A DNA stretch of 53,179 nt from Pseudomonadota bacterium (lineage in GTDB: Bacteria > Bdellovibrionota_F > JAHFAK01 > JBDREC01). The position numbers and the translations under genes were made by a program. Every line of letters begins with the position of its first letter. Within the stretch, counting starts at the first letter, position 1. Positions 11,042-21,307 of the stretch are shown in pieces. The notes under the pieces were generated by a model. That model was not told the DNA's origin and did not search any database. It was given only the letters and a program-made list of their open reading frames with translations. The stretch spans positions 1 through 53,179 of the forward strand of contig JBDREC010000075.1 in assembly GCA_043820105.1 (NCBI GenBank), given 5' to 3'.

Positions 11042-12217
11042 ATGATCAATAGATATTTAAAAAATTCAATAATTAAAGATGCACTACTTGACAAGAAAAT
11101 TGCTTTTATTAGTGGACCAAGGCAAGTTGGAAAAACTACACTTGGATTATCTTTACTAAATAACATGGAGAACCATTTCCTTTGGGATGATGATATTTTC
11201 AAAAAAGACTGGGCAAAATCACCTTCAAACTCGATTATAAAAAGAAATGACGGCCCAATCCTATTAGATGAAATTCACAAAGATAGAAAATGGAAAACAA
11301 AACTCAAAGGAATTTATGATAAAGATAAAAACAAGCTATCAATAATTGTCACAGGAAGCGCTAAACCAGACCTTTATAGAAAGAGTAGTGATAGCTTGCT
11401 TGGAAGATATATTCCTTATTCTTTACACCCATTCACAGTGTCTGAAAGCGACAAGCCAATTGGTCCTGATGAAATATTAAAAAGAAAAAAAATAAATTTT
11501 CCATGGAAAGACCTTATTAATCTTGGGGGTTTCCCAGAACCCTTACTAGGTGGAAGTGAAAATAAAGCAAAGCGCTGGTCAAGGCTAAGATTAGAAAAAA
11601 TTATTTATGAAGATGTAAGAGACCTAATTAACATTCAAGATTATAACGCTCTAAAAGTCTTATTACAGCTAGTTCCAGATAAAGTAGGTTCATTGTTATC
11701 AATAAACTCTATAAAAAAAGATATGAATATTGCATATGCCACTACAAGAAGCTGGGTTTATATGCTAAAAGATCTTTATTATTGTTTTTTTATAAAACCC
11801 TATAGCAAAAAAATTAATCGAGCATTAAGAGCTGAACCTAAATTATATTTATTTGACATTATGCAAATTCCCAAAGAAAAACACTGGGCAAGATTGGAAA
11901 ATCTAGCTGCTCTTCACCTTTTAAAGGCATGCCAATATTGGACAGATTTAGCTTTTGGTGAATATGACCTTCATTTTATTAGAGATAAAGAAGGCAAAGA
12001 AGTTGATTTTTTAATAACAAAAGATGGCATTCCCTGGATTACAATTGAATGCAAAACAAAGGACAAAGAACCTTCAAAGCCATTAATATATTTTTCAGAT
12101 AAATTAAACGTTAACAGGAGATACCAGTTAGTGGACATTGATAAATATAAGAGAAATTACCCTGGATTAAATTTAATGGTAATTAATTATGAAGATTTTT
12201 TTGCAGGATGGTTGTAG
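11042..12217 (+). CDS. AAA_14 ATPase with C-terminal DUF4143 (PD-(D/E)XK-like) domain
   Basis: GPRQVGKT, LDEIH, TGS, GGFPEP, PKLYLFD, ENL, EVDF, IECK; likely start ATG 11042. Confidence 0.88.
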   Translation: MINRYLKNSIIKDALLDKKIAFISGPRQVGKTTLGLSLLNNMENHFLWDDDIFKKDWAKSPSNSIIKRNDGPILLDEIHKDRKWKTKLKGIYDKDKNKLSIIVTGSAKPDLYRKSSDSLLGRYIPYSLHPFTVSESDKPIGPDEILKRKKINFPWKDLINLGGFPEPLLGGSENKAKRWSRLRLEKIIYEDVRDLINIQDYNALKVLLQLVPDKVGSLLSINSIKKDMNIAYATTRSWVYMLKDLYYCFFIKPYSKKINRALRAEPKLYLFDIMQIPKEKHWARLENLAALHLLKACQYWTDLAFGEYDLHFIRDKEGKEVDFLITKDGIPWITIECKTKDKEPSKPLIYFSDKLNVNRRYQLVDIDKYKRNYPGLNLMVINYEDFFAGWL

Positions 12218-12220
12218 AAT

Positions 12221-13891
12221 TTAATATCCAAAAACATACCATTTATCATTTGAAGAAGTTGAATATCTTGCAATTCCAAATTCCTCTTTTCCATCACCAT
12301 CTACATCGCCAGCTGCTACTGAAGTAACATAAGCACCTTCACCCCATCCATTTTGTGATTCTTCTACACTACAATCATGATATGTTGGATTTCCTCCACC
12401 ACATAATAAAATCGAGGCATCACTTTTATAAACATACCATCTTGGGTCTGCCTGGGCTGAAAATTCATTATTTGAATCTGCTAATCCTATAATAATTTCA
12501 TCATTTCCGTCCCCATTAAGATCTCCAAAAGAAAAATCATTTGCATAAATACCATCATTAAGATCAGAACCAAGTTCAACAACAATATTTCCATCTATAT
12601 CATAGGTTTTTAGTCTGCTATTTCCTGTTGTTGTCGTTTTTCTTGATATACCAACAACATTCGTACCGTCAATAACTCCAAAATCAATTCCAGTAACATT
12701 GGCTTCCCTTGAAACTCCGCCATTACCCTTTAGTAAATTCGTTAAACTACCACCATCATATTTATATACAAAAAATTTATCTGCCGTTGAGTTTTCAATT
12801 TTTCGCGCAATTCCAATCTCATCATTCCCATCACCGTCAAAATCCCCCATGGCGACATCTGTGGTATAGCTGGAAGTTGACCAGTTGGTTTCCGAAGTAA
12901 TCATGCAAGGATAATCACCATCATCATTATTTCCACCGCCACAAAATGTTTCGTCAAAAGAACCATTAATATATTTATAAACTGACCATCTGGGATATTT
13001 ATTATCACTAAATTCCGCTTCCTCTCCAAGATTATTAACGTCAACTTTCATTCTGCCTACCAATATTTCATCCGTGCCATCTCCATCAATATCACCCATG
13101 GCGATACTTGTGGGAACAATATACAAACCATATTCTGCCATTTCATAAAGATTGGTTCCCTGAGAGTTGTATATACGAACTGTAGGCCAAGCCAGCCCAT
13201 CTATTCCAGAATATGTTGCAACTGCCATGACATTTTCACCTGCGACAACACCAAACGCTGTGTCTACTACCCATTCATCAGCATCACATTCTGCTGTTCC
13301 ATCTATTATTTTTGTCTTATTTCCTTCAGAAACAAATTCATATGAAAAAAATCTTTTTGTTGTTGAATTACTTATAGCATATCTTGAAACACCAATATTC
13401 ATTTGATCATCATTTTCCAGATAGCCAAACGAAATTGAGGTTGCATAGTTACTGCTTCCCCATTCACCAGCCCCACCACCCGATAACAGTTCCTTGAAAT
13501 CACCAAAAATATTGGAAACTGCCTGAGGTGTTCTTTCTTTAATGGCTATTCCATTATCATCATCGTCGGCAGCACCACTTTCATCATCACAGGCATCACC
13601 AATTCCATCAGCATCTGTATCTGCCTGATCTTCATTTGCTATATCTACACAGTTATCTTCATCATCTAAAATACCATCAACATCAGTGTCAATATCAATA
13701 TCTCCATCTCCGTCTCCATCTCCGTCTCCATCTCCATTTCCGTCTCCGGGCGGTAATAACCCTGCTCCGCCTGGAGTTATATCCTCCGGAGTGTCAGGTT
13801 TTACAGATATGCCATTTGAACTGCATGAAAGGAAAGAAAAGAAGAAAAGGCTTATTATGATAACAAGTGAAATTTTGATTATAAGTTTCAT
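12221..13891 (-). CDS. Acidic lipoprotein: GD tract, TSP3-like repeat, FG-GAP-like propeller
   Basis: Lipobox FLSC; GDGNGDGD..; DNC..NEDQADTDADGIGDACD; four A.GD.DGDG.DE-type repeats. Confidence 0.85.
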   Translation of the reverse strand: MKLIIKISLVIIISLFFFSFLSCSSNGISVKPDTPEDITPGGAGLLPPGDGNGDGDGDGDGDGDIDIDTDVDGILDDEDNCVDIANEDQADTDADGIGDACDDESGAADDDDNGIAIKERTPQAVSNIFGDFKELLSGGGAGEWGSSNYATSISFGYLENDDQMNIGVSRYAISNSTTKRFFSYEFVSEGNKTKIIDGTAECDADEWVVDTAFGVVAGENVMAVATYSGIDGLAWPTVRIYNSQGTNLYEMAEYGLYIVPTSIAMGDIDGDGTDEILVGRMKVDVNNLGEEAEFSDNKYPRWSVYKYINGSFDETFCGGGNNDDGDYPCMITSETNWSTSSYTTDVAMGDFDGDGNDEIGIARKIENSTADKFFVYKYDGGSLTNLLKGNGGVSREANVTGIDFGVIDGTNVVGISRKTTTTGNSRLKTYDIDGNIVVELGSDLNDGIYANDFSFGDLNGDGNDEIIIGLADSNNEFSAQADPRWYVYKSDASILLCGGGNPTYHDCSVEESQNGWGEGAYVTSVAAGDVDGDGKEEFGIARYSTSSNDKWYVFGY

Positions 13892-13909
13892 ATACGTCCC
13901 CCTGGTTTT

Positions 13910-13940
13910 AGCTGTAAGCTGTAAGCTTTAAGCTATAAGC
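13910..13940. repeat. Heptamer tandem repeat AGCT(G/T/A)TA x4 in the 5' UTR
   Basis: agctgta agctgta agcttta agctata; same family at 20741-20770 and 24044-24060. Confidence 0.8.
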
Positions 13941-14030
13941 AAATTTAAGAAAGTTTATACAAAATTAGTGTCTTTGATTTTGAATTGTTTTATTTAAGGT
14001 TTGATTTTTGATTAATTCATTTAAGTATAT

Positions 14031-14046
14031 TGCAAGTCTTGTGCCA
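14031..14046 (-). promoter_or_regulatory. Sigma-54 promoter
   Basis: Minus strand TGGCACAAGACTTGCA, consensus match. Confidence 0.85.
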
Positions 14047-14158
14047 TAGGCAAGAACGATATGTTGTTGATTTTATTGCCTTATGAAGGCACTAACTTTT
14101 CAAAGAAAAAAAGAGGTGAGCAAATCAAAGGCATTCGCTTGATAATGGTATTTGAATA

Positions 14159-15307
14159 TTATTGTGCCATAATGCTATTATATAGTCTTTCAATATTTAA
14201 ATCGATTTTAGCTTCTGTAAGGGTTGCTGTTCCTGAAATATGAGCTTCAATTGGAAAAACTAAAATGTCAAATAACTCTTGTCCATAAGTTTGATCATCA
14301 TAACTTGATCCATCTGGGTTTTCTATATAAAGAGACCCTTCATCAACACCGGCAGCTCCATGAATCCCATTTTCAACTTTTAAATCAAAAGAAAGGCCTT
14401 CACTTGAATAGTCAGCTATAATATCAACAATTGCATCCCTAAAATATGTATGATAGCCAAATTCATTTGGTTCCTTACAATCCATCTGTCCTAGGCATAC
14501 CATTTCAATATTTCCATTATCATGGGTAACCTTCAATAATTCAACAGCTCCATTGCCTATATAAATTAAGGTAACATAAGGCATAGGACTCTCATCACAG
14601 ACATCGCCAATTCCATCTAAATCAGTATCCAGCTGGTCATCGTTTGAAACCAGAGCACAATTATCTTCAGCATCAACAAATAAATCATCATCATCATTGT
14701 CATCACAAGCATCACCCATTCCATCAGCATCGGTATCAACTTGATCTTCATTGTCGATTAATACGCAATTATCACTTATATCTTCAATTGAATCATTGTC
14801 ATTATTTGTATCACAGGCATCACCAATACCATCGGCATCTATATCTGCCTGGTCTTCATTGTCAATTAATGCACAATTATCACTGGTATCTTCAAATGAA
14901 TCGTTGTCATTATTTGTATCACAGGCATCATCGAGCCCATCTAAGTCTATGTCAGTTCCAATTCTGACAGATTCAGGACAAGCCTCCTCTGAATCATCGT
15001 CTTCTTCAGGTATTTGATTTTCTGGAAGCTCAACTTCTTCATCTTTATCTGGAGCTGGATCCTGAACTTCAGCCTCACAATGATCATAAACATTATTGGC
15101 ATTTAAATCTTCTGAGCTTTCGTCAAAAGTTCCTGCTTCCGTGTTTTCCAAATCTTCTAATGCAAGATCTATACTTACATAACATTCTTCAGGATATTCT
15201 AAAGTATCAAGTAAAGCTCGTTTTCCTTCATTGTTTCCACAGCTATAAAACAATGCAAATGAAGCGAATAAGATTAATAATAAAGATAATTTTAATAAAT
15301 GTTTCAT
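14159..15307 (-). CDS. Acidic lipoprotein with thrombospondin type-3-like Ca-binding repeats
   Basis: Lipobox FYSC; three DNC.L..N.DQ.D.D.DG.GD.CD repeats; RBS AAGGAGG. Confidence 0.85.
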   Translation of the reverse strand: MKHLLKLSLLLILFASFALFYSCGNNEGKRALLDTLEYPEECYVSIDLALEDLENTEAGTFDESSEDLNANNVYDHCEAEVQDPAPDKDEEVELPENQIPEEDDDSEEACPESVRIGTDIDLDGLDDACDTNNDNDSFEDTSDNCALIDNEDQADIDADGIGDACDTNNDNDSIEDISDNCVLIDNEDQVDTDADGMGDACDDNDDDDLFVDAEDNCALVSNDDQLDTDLDGIGDVCDESPMPYVTLIYIGNGAVELLKVTHDNGNIEMVCLGQMDCKEPNEFGYHTYFRDAIVDIIADYSSEGLSFDLKVENGIHGAAGVDEGSLYIENPDGSSYDDQTYGQELFDILVFPIEAHISGTATLTEAKIDLNIERLYNSIMAQ

Positions 15308-15391
15308 AAGGATCCTCCTTGTTTGGTTTATAAAGTAACAAGCTTTATAATGAGTCTTTAATTTTTACAGAATACTGCGTTTGAGAAGCTT

Positions 15392-17185
15392 CTATTTTTG
15401 TCCACCTCCCCAACCCTGACCCTGACATACATTACCAACACCATTATTATCATCATCTAGTTGTAGTGGATTAAAATTGTTTGGACAATTGTCAAAGGCA
15501 TCAATGATCCCATCTCCATCTGCATCATTATGTGCATTAGGTTCAGGTTCATTTGCCTGACAAAGTGCTAATTGCACTGGAACAAAAGCTTCATAAGCTG
15601 TAAATTCTGTATATTCTGCATTTTGTGAATCATATCCAGCGATTCTTATATAAAGTTCTTCCTCGTGAGATGATTCAAAGGCCACATTTTCAAAAACACA
15701 ATCAACTTCCCCATTATCAATATTACAGGAATAGAATGTATCTTGATGGGGTGACCAAAACAATGGGTCTCCATATGTTTCGAGATTATTCCCATCAACT
15801 GAATATCCCAACGGTCTGGTAGCATCACCGTTATTAATATCATAGAAATAAGTGTACTCAAAGTGATTAATTTGAGTTGTAATAACATAGTGATCAATTC
15901 CTTCAATAGAGACAAAAGAAATCACACTTCCAGTATATCCATCATTATCATAATCTTCTTCTGACATACAAAATTCAACATTTTCAACCATATTAAGAGG
16001 ATCATTTGAAAAGATAACTGATTGTGTTGTTAAAACAGTGGCAGCATAACCTGAAATTGGGTTCGCTATTGCTTCAATAATTACTGAAACAGAAGCAATT
16101 AGATCACTTGCAACAAGATTAATTAGCACACTATTTTCGGTAATTGAATAAACAATTTCAATATCATCTGATTGGTTAATATACTCAATGCTGTCAAAAT
16201 CTACTTGTGAATTATCTCTAAAAAGAATTTGACCTGTCATTGAAATCTCAAATGAATCAAACAAATTTGAATCAAGCAGATTCCCTTGATCATCATTTAC
16301 CATAATATCAAAGTCCATTGTCGAAGTATTTGTATTATGATCAGTATTGAGCATTAAGTTTTCAATAGATATAGAATATATCGTTGCAACTCCATCTATT
16401 TCAACAGCAACTACTGGAGCAAAATTTTCATCAACTGAAAAACTTAGATTTGAACAACCATCATTAGAACTAAGAATAAAATCATGTCTATAATTATTGC
16501 TTCCTTCTTCAGTTATTTCAAAACTCTGGGCAATATTATTTGATTCTCCAAGCATTGGAAGATCTTGAGTTGCAGTTTCAATATCATTAACAAAATATGT
16601 CATTTCAATTAAATATTCTGTCAAATCAATTTGAGCGCCATTATTATCAAATAAGGTAACTGATACATCCTTTTGATTTACTGCCACGTCTTCATAAACA
16701 GGAACAATTGATACTAGCTGAGTTGCGCCCAGACAAGTATTATCTTCTGTACCAATAAAAATTTCTATAGTAAGAGATTGAGAATCTACTCCTGGTTCTG
16801 AAGTAATAACAACTGAACTTTCAGTAAATGTAAGAGTTTCATTTCCATCACTAACTAAAATAGTAATATCAACTGTGATTCCTTTTTCTAAAAAGATTTC
16901 ACTAGCTGGTAAAAAAGAACCAGAGTCAAAAGTCATTGACATTGAATCATATAAAATCTCGCCATCATCTCTTGTAATAGTAATTGTAGCTGAAAGATCA
17001 TCACCTGTGATATCAGCTGCAAAAGATGCCTTAGCTGCAAAAGATAATGCTACCATTCCTTCTGGAGTAGCAATGACTTGATTGTTTGAATCATTTCCAG
17101 GATTAACGCTTGAATTATTGCCACTTGTACATCCTACAGTAAAAACAATAATAAAGCATAGAAAAGTTGATAATAACGTTTTCAT
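15392..17185 (-). CDS. Large acidic lipoprotein: beta-rich stalk, shared FN3-like domain, C-terminal TSP3 repeat
   Basis: Lipobox TVGC; FCMS..ELYIRIAGYDS..YTEFT..LALC shared with 18284 and 28581; DNCPNNFNPLQLD. Confidence 0.8.
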   Translation of the reverse strand: MKTLLSTFLCFIIVFTVGCTSGNNSSVNPGNDSNNQVIATPEGMVALSFAAKASFAADITGDDLSATITITRDDGEILYDSMSMTFDSGSFLPASEIFLEKGITVDITILVSDGNETLTFTESSVVITSEPGVDSQSLTIEIFIGTEDNTCLGATQLVSIVPVYEDVAVNQKDVSVTLFDNNGAQIDLTEYLIEMTYFVNDIETATQDLPMLGESNNIAQSFEITEEGSNNYRHDFILSSNDGCSNLSFSVDENFAPVVAVEIDGVATIYSISIENLMLNTDHNTNTSTMDFDIMVNDDQGNLLDSNLFDSFEISMTGQILFRDNSQVDFDSIEYINQSDDIEIVYSITENSVLINLVASDLIASVSVIIEAIANPISGYAATVLTTQSVIFSNDPLNMVENVEFCMSEEDYDNDGYTGSVISFVSIEGIDHYVITTQINHFEYTYFYDINNGDATRPLGYSVDGNNLETYGDPLFWSPHQDTFYSCNIDNGEVDCVFENVAFESSHEEELYIRIAGYDSQNAEYTEFTAYEAFVPVQLALCQANEPEPNAHNDADGDGIIDAFDNCPNNFNPLQLDDDNNGVGNVCQGQGWGGGQK

Positions 17186-17242
17186 AGCCTGTTCCCCCTT
17201 AGTTTGATTGATTTAGCCAGACGTAAGAGCAGTATATTAAAT

Positions 17243-17277
17243 ACTTATAACTTACGACTTACGACTTATGACTTATC
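17243..17277. repeat. Heptamer tandem repeat ACTTAYN x5 in the 5' UTR
   Basis: acttata acttacg acttacg acttatg acttatc; reverse-complement relative at 27102-27132. Confidence 0.8.
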
Positions 17278-17334
17278 ATTGGATTTATGTATGAGTTGTG
17301 GATTAAGACACAAGATCTTAATAATTCTTTCTTT

Positions 17335-17350
17335 TGCAAAATTTATACCA
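17335..17350 (-). promoter_or_regulatory. Sigma-54 promoter
   Basis: Minus strand TGGTATAAATTTTGCA. Confidence 0.75.
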
Positions 17351-17508
17351 TGAGCATGAATTTGCATAAGGTGTTTAAAATATAGTAGAATTCTTAATTA
17401 TTGGCAATTTTGAATATATGAATTGTGATCATTTCTTCAGCAAGTGCTTATTTTTTACTCAAACTTTGTTGTAATAAGCAGCATACTATTTAATCTTCAT
17501 CATATTAA

Positions 17509-17898
17509 TCATAATCCAATATGATCTGAAACGAGTTCAAGTATTTCATTCCCATAATCCATTTTAAAAGAAAATTTCTCCAAAATATTATTACCTATAA
17601 AACCATTAATACCAAATTTGTTCTTTATATCTCCAAATTCTATCTTAATATTTTCTATTTTTCTATTATCAATAATCAAACAATCTATTTTTTGTTCTAT
17701 CACAGACTCACTTCCTCCAATTCCTGTCAAATGTTTAAATATTCCACCTTTATTATAATCAAAATCAATCAAATCAATATCAATTGCTGTACCTCCTGAT
17801 CCTGTATCAAGGATACAGTTTGGAATTAAATGGTTTTTTTGATTATAAATAATTTCTATGCTTATGAAAATAAGTCCATTTTTATACTTAATTTCCAT
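17509..17898 (-). CDS. Retropepsin-like (clan AA) aspartic protease
   Basis: ILDTGS catalytic motif, GIGG flap, GFIGNNIL. Confidence 0.85.
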   Translation of the reverse strand: MEIKYKNGLIFISIEIIYNQKNHLIPNCILDTGSGGTAIDIDLIDFDYNKGGIFKHLTGIGGSESVIEQKIDCLIIDNRKIENIKIEFGDIKNKFGINGFIGNNILEKFSFKMDYGNEILELVSDHIGL

Positions 17899-18145
17899 TG
17901 TTAATGACAGTCATGAAAGGTATTTCTTCAATTATAAGGTCTTCATCTTTTGTGTTAAAAAAAACTAGTTTTTTTGCTTTTCTTTTTTTATATTCTTTAT
18001 ATAAACTTTTCAAGTCACTTGACGCAAGCTCAACTTCAGCTTCTAAAATTCTAAAATGTCTATCATCAAGCCGATCTTCTTTATAATTTTTAAGCAATAA
18101 AAATTGATTTGGATATTTTTCTCTTATTAATTTCCAAGATAACAT
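17888..18145 (-). CDS. Small partner protein of the protease (DUF5678-like)
   Basis: W..IREKYPNQF N-terminus; overlaps the protease start. Confidence 0.6.
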   Translation of the reverse strand: MLSWKLIREKYPNQFLLLKNYKEDRLDDRHFRILEAEVELASSDLKSLYKEYKKRKAKKLVFFNTKDEDLIIEEIPFMTVINNGN

Positions 18146-18283
18146 ATGTTTTACCCTTTGATGCGTTTAATTGTTTAAAAGATATAACAAAGAAAAGTAT
18201 TTTTCAAACTAATAATATCTTAATCTTCATCATATTCCAAATTTTTGTGCCTTCTTCCTGCTTTATTTTTGTTTTTCGCTCAT

Positions 18284-19219
18284 TTATTGGCATTCTTCTA
18301 ACTCATGTGGCGTAATTGCTTGGGCAAACTCTGTAAAGGAAGTATAATCATCAACACTATTATATCCTGCTATTCTAATATGCAAAGAATCATCTCCAAC
18401 ACCATCATTTGTACTATCCCAGGCATATGCATCAATAAAGGCATAAACATACAAGCCATATAAAGCAAAAGAAAAATAATAGGAGCTTGTTGATTCAGTA
18501 AATTCTATTTCTGATAATTTTTTTACTTCAGATTCTGTCTTAAAAACATTATATTCCCATTGCAAACTAGTTGAAGCCGCAACTTTATAATAAACAAAAT
18601 CCGAAACAGAGCCATCATTTGATGCTGATCTGTCAACTTCAATCACATAATAAGCATATCCAGTATCAGGAAAAGAAATTTTTGTTGCTTTGCCTGTATC
18701 ATTATATCTGTCATCATAATCTCCATAGCCATTTGCGTAATCTTCATAACAAAATTCATTTATTGACTCCCAGCCAGGATCATCACAAAGCTGTTCTGAA
18801 TGATAAGAGTCAAATTCAGATCTACATAATAATGAAATTTCAGGTCCTGATTCACCATTGTATCCTGAGCCATAAGTTGTAAAATCCAACGAATTAATAT
18901 TTTGATTTAAATAGCCTGTTTTATTAATTCCACAGATCTCGTCATCACCCTCGCCATCACCCTCGCCATCACCCTCACTGTCACCCTCGTCGTCACCATC
19001 ACCATCGTCGTCACCATCACCATCTCCATCGCCGTCACCATCACCATCGCTGTCACCATCGCCGTCACCATCTCCATCGCCGTTGCCATCTGTATCTATA
19101 GTTGAAGAATCGCCAGCAACTTTAAGTTCGCCACTAGAACAAGAAATAATAAATGAAGAAAGAATTATTATGCTTGAAAAAAAACATAAAAAGATAAAAA
19201 GATTTGATAAACGTTTCAT
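18284..19219 (-). CDS. Acidic lipoprotein: GD/GE tract plus shared FN3-like domain
   Basis: Lipobox IISC; GD tract; KATKISF..YYVIEVDR..YYKV..LHIRIAGYNS..C. Confidence 0.85.
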   Translation of the reverse strand: MKRLSNLFIFLCFFSSIIILSSFIISCSSGELKVAGDSSTIDTDGNGDGDGDGDGDSDGDGDGDGDGDGDDDGDGDDEGDSEGDGEGDGEGDDEICGINKTGYLNQNINSLDFTTYGSGYNGESGPEISLLCRSEFDSYHSEQLCDDPGWESINEFCYEDYANGYGDYDDRYNDTGKATKISFPDTGYAYYVIEVDRSASNDGSVSDFVYYKVAASTSLQWEYNVFKTESEVKKLSEIEFTESTSSYYFSFALYGLYVYAFIDAYAWDSTNDGVGDDSLHIRIAGYNSVDDYTSFTEFAQAITPHELEECQ

Positions 19220-19259
19220 AAATTCCCCCCATAGTTTAAACCAATAAATACGCTCTTAA

Positions 19260-19291
19260 CGCCGTACGCTGTACACTGTACGCCGTACGCT
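19260..19291. repeat. Heptamer tandem repeat CGCYGTA-like downstream of a stop codon
   Basis: cgccgta cgctgta cactgta cgccgta; near-identical array at 24891-24921; reverse copy at 45714-45730. Confidence 0.8.
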
Positions 19292-19292
19292 A

Positions 19293-20723
19293 TTAAAAGT
19301 CATAAACAAACCACTTATCATTAGATCCTGTGGCATATCTTGCAATACCGATTTCATCTCTGCCATCACCATCAACATCACCCATTGCAACATCAGAAGT
19401 ATAAAAATCTTCTCCCCAGCCTGACATATCTTCAACCATACACTGGTCATAACTTACTTCTCCACCACCGCAGAAAAGTTCATTTCCATCTTTATCGTAA
19501 ACATTCCATCTGGAATATTTTTTATCTGAAAATTCGCCGTCTTCATCATTTCTGCCAACTACAAATTCGTCATTTCCATCACCATCAATATCACCAAAGG
19601 CAATATCTGTTGCATAAATTGTTCCACCCCAGGCAGAACCGGCTTTTGTTACGCTATCTGCTGACATATCATAAACAACAATTCTATCAGAACCATTTGT
19701 AGTTTCATTTAAAGAAACACCAACAACTCCTTTTCCTTCGAAATATCCAAGGTCAATGCCTGTTGGCCAAGTATTAGATTTTGGGGTTGTGCCTGAAATA
19801 ACAAGGTCTAAAGCGCCATCATTATATTCATAAACAAACCATTTATCATTGTCGCCATCCTGTTTCCTTGCAATAGCGATTTCGGCCATTCCGTCGCCAT
19901 CAATATCTTTTACAGCTAAGTCTGTAACATAAGAAGTTTCTCCCCAACTTGTTGCGCTATTAACCATGCAATCATTATAATCAGGAGCTCCGCCACCACA
20001 GAAAAGTGCATTTCCATCTTTATCATAAATATACCATCTGGCTTGTTCGCTTGATGAAAACTCATCTCCTGTATGTCTTCTTCCAACTATTATTTCGTCA
20101 TTACCATCACCATCTATATCACCAGCCACCAGAGCTGAAGCGTAAATACCTTCTCCCCAGCCTTCAGCCATTCCAAAAACTTTAGATCCATTTTCATCAT
20201 AAGCTTTTATTCTTTCTTGGCCATTTGTATAAATACTTCTTGCCATAACAGCCACTTTTTGACCATCAACCTCAGCAAATGCCATTCCTGTTACTACAAC
20301 ATCACCTGTTGAGCCAGCAGCGCCTGATTCAACCAAAGAAATATCTGAGCCGTCATATTCATAAGCATACCAACGGTCGCCACTTCTTTCAGAGCTTGCT
20401 ACTCCAATTTCCATTGAACCATTAGATGTAAATTGACCAAAGGTTATTACCCTTGTATAAAGGTCAGAAGCCCATTGACCATCTCCACCGCCAGATGCGA
20501 TTAAGTCTAAATCTCCGTCATAGCTTCCATCATAATCTTCACCATCATCATCTTCAGGATCATTGTCACCATCGCCATCGCCATCTCCGTCACCAGAATC
20601 ACCATCTCCGTCACCTTGAACGATTGGATCTTCTGAATTTTTTGTTTCTGAACATGACATAATTGATGTTGCCGCAAAGGCAAAAATTAGAAATAGAATA
20701 GATAATTTAATAAATTCCCTCAT
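19293..20723 (-). CDS. Acidic lipoprotein: GD tract plus FG-GAP-like propeller (paralog of 12221..13891)
   Basis: Lipobox IMSC; GDIDGDGNDE repeats; FCGGG..C; C-terminal IGIARY..SNDKW shared with the paralog. Confidence 0.85.
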   Translation of the reverse strand: MREFIKLSILFLIFAFAATSIMSCSETKNSEDPIVQGDGDGDSGDGDGDGDGDNDPEDDDGEDYDGSYDGDLDLIASGGGDGQWASDLYTRVITFGQFTSNGSMEIGVASSERSGDRWYAYEYDGSDISLVESGAAGSTGDVVVTGMAFAEVDGQKVAVMARSIYTNGQERIKAYDENGSKVFGMAEGWGEGIYASALVAGDIDGDGNDEIIVGRRHTGDEFSSSEQARWYIYDKDGNALFCGGGAPDYNDCMVNSATSWGETSYVTDLAVKDIDGDGMAEIAIARKQDGDNDKWFVYEYNDGALDLVISGTTPKSNTWPTGIDLGYFEGKGVVGVSLNETTNGSDRIVVYDMSADSVTKAGSAWGGTIYATDIAFGDIDGDGNDEFVVGRNDEDGEFSDKKYSRWNVYDKDGNELFCGGGEVSYDQCMVEDMSGWGEDFYTSDVAMGDVDGDGRDEIGIARYATGSNDKWFVYDF

Positions 20724-20822
20724 TATATGCTCCTTCTTTTGGCTTTAAGCTGTAAGCTATAAGCTTTAAGATTAAATATTTTACAATATTATAGAGTCTG
20801 TTAACCCTTCGACATAGAATAG

Positions 20823-20838
20823 AGCAATTATCGTGCCA
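20823..20838 (-). promoter_or_regulatory. Sigma-54 promoter
   Basis: Minus strand TGGCACGATAATTGCT. Confidence 0.85.
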
Positions 20839-21004
20839 TAGAGATGTTTTACCCATAACATGCTGGATTAATAAGACAATCAAAATAACACCTTTTCAAA
20901 AACCCCAGTAAAGAACAGAAGTATTCGAGCAAATTATAGGCATTTTGGGACATTTGATGGACAAAGTTTTCAAATTGTCATCCACCGGTACCCTAAAAAA
21001 TCAT

Positions 21005-21095
21005 TACACCCGTTGGGGTATAATACTAAAATTTTACCATTGACACTACACCCTTTATGGTATAATATTAATAATTATACACCTGATAAGGTATA
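21005..21095 (+). promoter_or_regulatory. hip promoter with three operator-like boxes TACACC-N6-GGTATA
   Basis: Boxes at 21005-22, 21047-64 and 21078-95; TTGACA 21040-45 and TATAAT 21061-66 (15-bp spacer). Confidence 0.75.
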
Positions 21096-21100
21096 CTACT

Positions 21101-21307
21101 ATGGATTTTAAAATTTTTATAATAAAAAGGCGAAAAGAAGAGGGCTATTCTCAAGTTGAACTAGCTAAAATCGCAGGCGTTGGTTTGCGATTTTTAAGAG
21201 AATTGGAGCAAGGTAAAAAAACACTTCGAATTGATAAGGTTAATCAAGTTTTAAAACTTTTCGGAAAAAAGTTGGGGCCAGTTAATTTAATTGAGGATGA
21301 AAAATGA
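21101..21307 (+). CDS. hipB: HipB-like XRE HTH regulator (y4mF type)
   Basis: SQVELAKIAGVGLRFLRELEQGK.TLR.DKVNQVL. Confidence 0.85.
   Translation: MDFKIFIIKRRKEEGYSQVELAKIAGVGLRFLRELEQGKKTLRIDKVNQVLKLFGKKLGPVNLIEDEK

Noticed and set aside
10230..12217. Sir2 + ATPase anti-phage pair (Sir2-HerA or Thoeris-like)
   Set aside because: The sirtuin is a standard Zn-binding class III CobB and the ATPase is AAA_14/DUF4143, not HerA; adjacency looks incidental
18235..18252. AGGCACAAAAATTTGGAA on the minus strand upstream of the protease pair as a sigma-54 site
   Set aside because: Lacks GC at the required GG-N10-GC spacing
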